A DNA stretch of 64,000 bases from a virus, in the IMG/VR virus record IMGVR_UViG_3300006750_000002, positions 64,001-128,000 of that record. One strand, given 5' to 3'. Numbering within the stretch: the first letter of the stretch is position 1; each line of letters begins with the position of its first letter. The notes below the pieces were generated by a model. That model had not been told where the DNA came from and ran no database searches. It saw only the letters and a program-made list of their open reading frames with translations. The position numbers were made by a program, and so were the translations under genes. Below are positions 58,370 through 64,000 of the stretch, one piece after another.

Positions 58370-58933
58370 ATGAAAAGAAAGAAAAATTATTTTTTATTCA
58401 TAGTGGGAAACTTTACTGAACCCACCACCATACAAGCAAATGTTTCTGATACCATCCATACCCTAACAATGGTACTTAACGGAGGGACACTTAGATATGT
58501 TCACCACGATAATTTAATGGTATGTCACTTTCAGAGTAGTGAAACCCTAGAAGATATAGATTGGCTATTAGGCTCTACTTTAAATGATGACATATTTGCT
58601 TATTTTTTATTACCTAAACCTAGACAAATGGGTATAAGATTAGATGTAGATTTGGAAAAACACCTAACAGATTTAAAATCTAAACCAACCATTGACGACC
58701 CAAGTATTGATGAGACTATAATGGGGGGTATTAAGCATATAGGTGAAACATTTACTTCGATACAAGAAGAAATGGGTGAAATAGAATTTCAACCAAATCA
58801 CAACCATATAGAAACCAGCTACGACAAGTATACTGTAGATGAGATTTTAGATAAAATAATAGATAATGAACGTGGTTTGGAATCTTTAAGTGGAGAAGAG
58901 ATAGACTTCCTGGACAGTCAGGGGGAGGAATGA
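58370..58933 (+). CDS. hypothetical protein
   Basis: ATG at 58370 preferred over TTG 58346, which overlaps the promoter; C-terminal VDEILDKI...GLESLSGEEIDFL. Confidence 0.65.
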   Translation: MKRKKNYFLFIVGNFTEPTTIQANVSDTIHTLTMVLNGGTLRYVHHDNLMVCHFQSSETLEDIDWLLGSTLNDDIFAYFLLPKPRQMGIRLDVDLEKHLTDLKSKPTIDDPSIDETIMGGIKHIGETFTSIQEEMGEIEFQPNHNHIETSYDKYTVDEILDKIIDNERGLESLSGEEIDFLDSQGEE

Positions 58934-58941
58934 CAGGCAGT

Positions 58942-58983
58942 CTGACAAAATGTCAGTAAATATATAGTGGTACACAAATTGAT
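58942..58983 (+). promoter_or_regulatory. palindrome CTGACA-AAA-TGTCAG plus sigma54-like TGGTAC-N5-TTGAT upstream of the sigma gene
   Basis: Perfect inverted repeat 58942-58956; GG at 58969-58970 and GA at 58981-58982 separated by 10 nt. Confidence 0.45.
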
Positions 58984-59007
58984 TATTAACTTTATTAAAA
59001 TATACAT

Positions 59008-59802
59008 ATGAAAAAAACAGGACCTTTTATAAACCAAGATGAGATATCTCACTACTTGAAAGACGTGAGAAAAATAGACGTTTTAACAGTTAACAGAGAA
59101 AAAACGTTATCAAAGATAATGTTAAATTCCCCAACTCCTGAACAAAAAAAACAAATAGAAGAGGAGTTAATGTTGGGGAACCTACGATTTGTTATTAGTG
59201 TGGCTAGAGACTATCAGAACCAAGGAGTGGACTTACCCGACTTAATTGCGGAAGGGAATCACGGATTATTAAAAGCCATTAAGAATTTTGACTGGGGTAA
59301 AGGTAATAGATTTATCTCATATGCTGTATGGTGGGTAAAACAGTCTATTTTTCAGTGTTTAAATGAACATGCTAGGACTATTCGTCTACCTGCTAATATA
59401 GTCCAAGAAGTACAAAGAGCTAAAAAAATGGGAAATGTGGAAAACCATATGATAGATAGTAAACTTCAGAATTTACCTTATACCATTAATTTAGATAAAC
59501 CTATAAATGAAGAGGGTGATACCTTAGTGAGTGTCATTGAAAATAAAGACGCGGATAATCCAGAAGAAATATTTAATACTGATGAACAGTTAAAAATAGA
59601 GTTAAGAAAAATAATGGAAGTCTTGGACGATAGGGAAATTAAGATAGTTGGAGACTACTTTGGTCTAACTGAGACTCCCCGCACATTGTCCGCAATCGGA
59701 GAAGACTTTAACCTAACCAAGGAGAGAGTTAGACAGATTAAGGAGAAAGCACTACGTAAATTAAGAAATGAGAGTAGAGAACTTTTAGATTATATAGTAT
59801 AA
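59008..59802 (+). CDS. RNA polymerase sigma70-family factor (regions 1.2, 2, 3, 4; no region 1.1)
   Basis: YLKDV, GNLRFVISVARDY, DLIAEGN, RFISYAVWWVKQSI, RTIRLP, TLSAIGEDFNLTKERVRQIKEKALRKLR. Confidence 0.92.
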   Translation: MKKTGPFINQDEISHYLKDVRKIDVLTVNREKTLSKIMLNSPTPEQKKQIEEELMLGNLRFVISVARDYQNQGVDLPDLIAEGNHGLLKAIKNFDWGKGNRFISYAVWWVKQSIFQCLNEHARTIRLPANIVQEVQRAKKMGNVENHMIDSKLQNLPYTINLDKPINEEGDTLVSVIENKDADNPEEIFNTDEQLKIELRKIMEVLDDREIKIVGDYFGLTETPRTLSAIGEDFNLTKERVRQIKEKALRKLRNESRELLDYIV

Positions 59803-59830
59803 TTTATATTTATAGTATAATGTACAAATT

Positions 59831-60958
59831 ATGAAAGAAAGACTATTTCCTTTTTTAATTGCTTTATCTGCTCTTAGTGTGTCAGCTTCCGCTGCGTTCT
59901 ATTCTGTTTTTGGTTTAAGTAAATTATTTGCGGGAGCGAGTTACCAGGTAATGGTTATGGCTGGTTCTTTAGAATTCGCTAAATTAGTTGTGGCCTCATT
60001 ACTGTATCAGTATTGGGGTACCATAAATAAGTTATTAAGAACTTATCTTTCCCTAGCAATTTTAGTTTTAATCTTAATAACAAGTGGAGGAATCTACGGA
60101 TTTTTGTCAGGAGCTTACCAAGAGGCAGCTACTCAATCAGAGTTATTAGGTAAAGGGTTAAGAGTCTTAGAACTAAAACAAAATAGATTTGAGGAACGGA
60201 AAAGTGATTTGGCCCTCGAAAAAGAACAGTTAAATAAATCCATATCAGACCTAAGAATTTCACTCTCTAACCCAGCTCAAGTATCTTGGTATGATAAGAA
60301 TGCGGGAGAAGTTATAACTACAACCTCCTCCTCCACTAGAAGAGCATTACAAGGTGAGCTAGATAAAACCATAATAGATAGGAATACTACAAATATTAGG
60401 TTAGAGGCGATTCAAGACTCACTCCTTAGATTAGATAGGGAGGTACTGGACTTAGAAATCAGTAATGAAGGGCAAAGTGAATTAGGGCCTTTAAAGTACC
60501 TTTCCGAAGTCACAGGTAAGCCGATGAATAAAGTAGTTAATTGGTTCTTACTCCTTATTATTTTTGTATTTGACCCACTAGCTATTGCTATGGTTATAGC
60601 GGCTAATTTTGCTTTTTCTAGAGTAAAACGGAAAAATAAAAAGCCGAAAGAGGGTACTTTAGTGAATGATAAAGTTAGTGACATAGAAGAAGATATACGC
60701 AATACAATGGCAGAGCATCCAGAGGAGGGTTACCACCCACCTAGAAACGAAGAAAAATTATCAGTAGAAGAATTAAGTAAAATTGTTGGTAAAGAGGAAA
60801 GTAACTTACAGCCCGTAAAACCTTCTGAAGAAGACTTGAAAAAATTGGAAAACGTGTTAGGTTTACATAAAACTAGTACGTCACAACCCATTAATGTTGG
60901 AGATAATAAGAAAGTGTTAACCTATCGAAAAAGACTTGGAGACGACAATAAAAAATAA
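59831..60958 (+). CDS. multi-pass membrane protein with long coiled coil
   Basis: About three N-terminal TM segments, coiled coil, and C-terminal TM FLLLIIFVFDPLAIAMVIAANF. Confidence 0.7.
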   Translation: MKERLFPFLIALSALSVSASAAFYSVFGLSKLFAGASYQVMVMAGSLEFAKLVVASLLYQYWGTINKLLRTYLSLAILVLILITSGGIYGFLSGAYQEAATQSELLGKGLRVLELKQNRFEERKSDLALEKEQLNKSISDLRISLSNPAQVSWYDKNAGEVITTTSSSTRRALQGELDKTIIDRNTTNIRLEAIQDSLLRLDREVLDLEISNEGQSELGPLKYLSEVTGKPMNKVVNWFLLLIIFVFDPLAIAMVIAANFAFSRVKRKNKKPKEGTLVNDKVSDIEEDIRNTMAEHPEEGYHPPRNEEKLSVEELSKIVGKEESNLQPVKPSEEDLKKLENVLGLHKTSTSQPINVGDNKKVLTYRKRLGDDNKK

Positions 60959-61547
60959 AAAAGAGTTATTCTATTATAAGGAAAAGTGTAATAAAACACA
61001 AATTATACTATGCCATACCTCTAGACCACTAACTTATTTTAGTAATAGTCTAAAATATAGGTTGGATGGTGAGTACACCAGGATACCAACCTATAACATC
61101 TCTAAAAATGGTAATGTAATCCAAAATTTTAACCCAGAGAACTATTCGGATTTTTTCGGTATAGAAGAAGTGGATAAAAGTTCCATTATTGTGTGCTTAG
61201 AAAATTTAGGGTGGTTAAAATATAATACCTTAAACGACAAGTACATCAACTGGATTGGGGATACTTATAAAGGAAAGGTATATCAGAAAAGATGGAGAGA
61301 TAGGACTTTTTGGTCTAATTATCCAGATAAACAGTTATGGGCATGTGCAAAACTTATAGTAAAAATATGTTCCGACTATGACATACCTCTAGAATTGATT
61401 GGGCACAACGTAAAGATTGATGGTGTGAGAAGCTTTTCAGGAGTTACCACTAGAAGTAATTATGGTGAATGCTGGACAGACCTTAGTCCGTCTTTTGATT
61501 TTGAGAAATTAAAAACATACATAGATGAAGAAAATGAAATACAATAA
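60936..61547 (+). CDS. Amidase_2-fold protein (endolysin-like, possibly degenerate active site)
   Basis: QIILCHT, YNISKNGNVIQ, SIIVCLENLGWL, YPDKQLWACAKL...YDIP, TDLSPSF; TTG start uncertain. Confidence 0.6.
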   Translation: METTIKNKKELFYYKEKCNKTQIILCHTSRPLTYFSNSLKYRLDGEYTRIPTYNISKNGNVIQNFNPENYSDFFGIEEVDKSSIIVCLENLGWLKYNTLNDKYINWIGDTYKGKVYQKRWRDRTFWSNYPDKQLWACAKLIVKICSDYDIPLELIGHNVKIDGVRSFSGVTTRSNYGECWTDLSPSFDFEKLKTYIDEENEIQ

Positions 61548-62145
61548 AAAAACGGTAAACGGGGATTATAGTAATATAATGTATGACGACATGAAAGACA
61601 TGTTAAATAAGGTACGTTTTATAAATGAACAAGTGGACGGTGAAATAAATGTTGATATGGATGACGAACCTGAATCACGACCTCAGGTGGAAGAAGAGAA
61701 GACTAAAGAATATACTGTCAGTGGTGGAAAAATTATAGTACATGGTGCCACCGAACAAGATTTAGTTTTAACTGAGGAAGAACAATCCACATTTCAAGAA
61801 ACTATGGAACAGTTTGTTGAAGAAGTGTCAGATATGGCACAATACCATCCCTTAAATATTTATAAAAACAATGTAGAATGGTCGGGAGACCTTCTAAGGT
61901 TTGATGTAAGATTCTATTATTCTATTGCGGAAGTAGAAGGTACTTACATTGGTAACGCAAATATGGTTAAGGTAGATAATAAATTTATGGAAATCCTAGA
62001 AAAAGTTAAAACTTTTTACAGTACGTTTGAAGCTAAGTGGGCAAAGATTTTAGCTGATAGAAGAACTACACAAGTAGAAACTGAAGAAGGGTTAGGTGAT
62101 GATGAACTTGGGGTTGACGTAGAAATGGATAGTAATATAGAATAG
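61525..62145 (+). CDS. acidic hypothetical protein
   Basis: 206 aa; DMKDMLNKVRFINEQ near the N-terminus. Confidence 0.65.
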   Translation: MKKMKYNKKTVNGDYSNIMYDDMKDMLNKVRFINEQVDGEINVDMDDEPESRPQVEEEKTKEYTVSGGKIIVHGATEQDLVLTEEEQSTFQETMEQFVEEVSDMAQYHPLNIYKNNVEWSGDLLRFDVRFYYSIAEVEGTYIGNANMVKVDNKFMEILEKVKTFYSTFEAKWAKILADRRTTQVETEEGLGDDELGVDVEMDSNIE

Positions 62146-62152
62146 AAAAGAT

Positions 62153-62464
62153 ATGAAAGAATTTTTAAAAAAAGCTTGGAAATATATTTTAGGGTTTATA
62201 GGGTTCTTTGCCGGGTTAGTTTGGTTCCTAAACTCAAACACTAACCGAAAGGTGGAAAAGCTAAAAGACCAGATTAAGGATAATGAGGGGGACACTAAAG
62301 TAATTAAAAAAGAGTTAGAACGTACTTTAAAGGCTAAAGGTCGGATAAAGAAAGATATAAAGTCTACCGACGAAAAATTAAAAAAGGTTAATAACAAAAA
62401 ACCTAAGATTAAACGTAAGACGGGTAAACAAGCCGCGGATGACTTAAAGAAGAGACTAAAATAA
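62153..62464 (+). CDS. N-terminally anchored basic coiled-coil membrane protein (i-spanin-like)
   Basis: WKYILGFIGFFAGLVWFL TM segment followed by Lys-rich coiled coil. Confidence 0.5.
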   Translation: MKEFLKKAWKYILGFIGFFAGLVWFLNSNTNRKVEKLKDQIKDNEGDTKVIKKELERTLKAKGRIKKDIKSTDEKLKKVNNKKPKIKRKTGKQAADDLKKRLK

Positions 62465-62890
62465 ATGAAAACACATTTACGAACGTTAGTTAAATTACAC
62501 ATAGGGCATCTTCTCATATTGGCACTCTTAATATTATCTGGTGGTGTTCTAAATGCACAGACGGTAGACACTTCATTTACGTTTAGTGAATGGGAAGTGA
62601 TAAAGCTAGACTCAATAATACAAGCACAAGAACAAACTATTAAAATTCAGGGTGAGAAAATTGAAACGTTAGAATCCCAATTGCTTAACTATAAACTACT
62701 AAACCAGCAAGACAGTCTACATGTAGCTTTATTAAATCAGAATGTGGACTTTTTAAATAGTAGAATTAATCTCTATATTGACTTGAATAAAGAATTAAGA
62801 CCTAAATGGTACAATAAACCAGGGGTACATTTTTTCTTAGGAGCGTTGACCATAACTACCAGTGCTGTAGTTCTTAATTTAATCAGGTAA
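62465..62890 (+). CDS. secreted coiled-coil protein with C-terminal hydrophobic anchor (spanin-like)
   Basis: Signal-peptide-like LLILALLILSGGVLNAQ, coiled coil, KWYNKPGVHFFLGALTITTSAVVL. Confidence 0.5.
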   Translation: MKTHLRTLVKLHIGHLLILALLILSGGVLNAQTVDTSFTFSEWEVIKLDSIIQAQEQTIKIQGEKIETLESQLLNYKLLNQQDSLHVALLNQNVDFLNSRINLYIDLNKELRPKWYNKPGVHFFLGALTITTSAVVLNLIR

Positions 62891-62933
62891 CAAACCCTAT
62901 CTTCTTAGTATTTATATGATATACCTTGTATAG

Positions 62934-63191
62934 ATGGCACTTACTAACACAGACAAAAAAGAGATAGAGAGAATTGCTAGAAAAGAAATCAAAGACTTCC
63001 TTAAAACTACTTCTTTTGAAAAGGACGTTATTGATGTGGTGGAAAAACAACTAAAAAGAAAGAATAGTAAACTTTCTAAAACTCATCGTGCGGAAGTGGT
63101 AGATGTGAGCACTAAGGTATTAATAGAACTATATAAAACTTTCTGGTTAAGAAGGAATTTTTGGGATAGCCAAATTAAAAATGTTAAGTAA
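62934..63191 (+). CDS. small hypothetical protein
   Basis: 85-aa ORF preceded by TATTTATA (62909-62916). Confidence 0.65.
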   Translation: MALTNTDKKEIERIARKEIKDFLKTTSFEKDVIDVVEKQLKRKNSKLSKTHRAEVVDVSTKVLIELYKTFWLRRNFWDSQIKNVK

Positions 63192-63193
63192 AT

Positions 63194-63943
63194 ATGAACG
63201 CATTAGACCAACATGAACGTAATATGAAAAGAATGGTTAACAATGTTAGCCAAGAATTAGGGCCTAGAAAAGGAATTGAAGCTGTTAAATCACGAGACGA
63301 ACTTATGAAAGTAGCTGAAACTAACGAAGAGTTAAGTGAAGATGAAGAATTCGAAGAACAAACTTCTGCGGGTGCGTCAGGGGCATTTGTAGCTCCTATG
63401 GGGTGGACAGCAGACCAGGGAATAAATAAAGAGGAAGAATTCGAAGAACAAACTTCTGCGGGTGCGTCAGGGGCATACTCCCAACCCGCTATATGGGCAA
63501 AAAATAAAAAGAACTGGAGAGCGGTAAGTGACCCTAACTTTCCTAAGTATGGGGGACCTGGAGCGAAATATGTTAGAATAAAAGAAAAATGTGGAAAGTT
63601 TCCATATTGTAACCAAGGGAGTATGGACGCTTTAGAGTTCTATGAAGATAAAACTTTACAAGAAGCTATTAAAAACGTTTCTAAAAAAACTAATAAATCA
63701 GAAACTTATTTAAAAAATATAATTTTACGGGAGATGCAAAGCATGTTTCAAAAAGACATGAAAAAATATAAGGTTGAAAAAATGAAACCTTACAAAAAAA
63801 AATACACTAAAGAAGAGGTTGATGAGATGATTAAGAGAGGGTTTTACCATTCACCCATCACATCTTTAGTGGGTAATGTGAAAATGGATAAACCCATTGG
63901 TCAGATTTATTCCATGAAAGGTAATAAACCTAAGTACGAATAG
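63194..63943 (+). CDS. hypothetical, putative head-associated protein with duplicated EEFEEQTSAGASGA
   Basis: 249 aa; internal exact duplication. Confidence 0.6.
   Translation: MNALDQHERNMKRMVNNVSQELGPRKGIEAVKSRDELMKVAETNEELSEDEEFEEQTSAGASGAFVAPMGWTADQGINKEEEFEEQTSAGASGAYSQPAIWAKNKKNWRAVSDPNFPKYGGPGAKYVRIKEKCGKFPYCNQGSMDALEFYEDKTLQEAIKNVSKKTNKSETYLKNIILREMQSMFQKDMKKYKVEKMKPYKKKYTKEEVDEMIKRGFYHSPITSLVGNVKMDKPIGQIYSMKGNKPKYE
63344..63476 (+). repeat. 43-bp exact direct repeat (two copies, 90-bp period)
   Basis: GAAGAATTCGAAGAACAAACTTCTGCGGGTGCGTCAGGGGCAT at 63344-63386 and 63434-63476. Confidence 0.9.
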
Positions 63944-63982
63944 GATTAAATGTATATTTATATAATATAAAAGAAAAAGGTC

Positions 63983-64000
63983 ATGTCTAAAATTAAAGTA
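63983..64000 (+). CDS. start of a 3'-truncated ORF (MSKIKV...)
   Basis: ATG after TATTTATA (63955-63962) and an A-rich leader; runs off the window. Confidence 0.45.

Noticed and set aside
63344-63476. CRISPR mini-array
   Set aside because: Only two copies, in frame within a CDS, no palindrome, leader or cas genes.
1-64000. Stop-codon reassignment (TAG or TGA read-through) as in some large Bacteroidota phages
   Set aside because: Very long ORFs are intact under the standard code, and TAG (8160, 12984) and TGA (50902, 58933) end recognisable full-length genes.
1-64000. tRNA, rRNA, integrase, transposase, intron or intein
   Set aside because: No cloverleaf-sized GC-rich spacers or recognisable motifs; RNR, helicase and RecA are of normal length with contiguous motifs.

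Overview
The window is a gene-dense, AT-rich segment of a large T4-like myovirus (jumbo-phage style). The host is most likely Bacteroidota: there are canonical TTTG-N19/20-TAnnTTTG promoters, A-rich translation starts without Shine-Dalgarno, a region-1.1-less sigma70, and SprB/PKD/GCTDP-type adhesin modules. The standard genetic code is used. Layout: (1) 5'-truncated baseplate hub fused to a T7-lysozyme-type amidase; (2) replication block (gp32-like SSB, RecA/UvsX, SlyD-type PPIase, 5'-3' exonuclease, DnaB-like helicase, class II RNR, DUF5522-like, Smr); (3) about 35 kb baseplate/tail module (gp25, gp6 and large Cys-rich proteins); (4) RuvC, primase, PD-(D/E)XK nuclease, SbcD and SbcC; (5) two accessory genes behind duplicated host-type promoters; (6) an inverted block of putative head-internal proteins; (7) sigma factor, putative lysis cassette and further putative head proteins. 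No tRNA, CRISPR array, integrase or transposase was seen. The strongest new observations are an unannotated 20-aa, 9-Cys metallothionein-like micro-ORF (56530-56592, minus strand), a HiPIP-like Cys motif in a baseplate-region protein, an apparent transfer of the SbcD C-terminal domain onto SbcC, a vWA-like domain shared by two giant tail proteins, membrane-hairpin segments in a baseplate-region protein, and three promoter classes. All family assignments come from motif recognition by eye; no database search was run.
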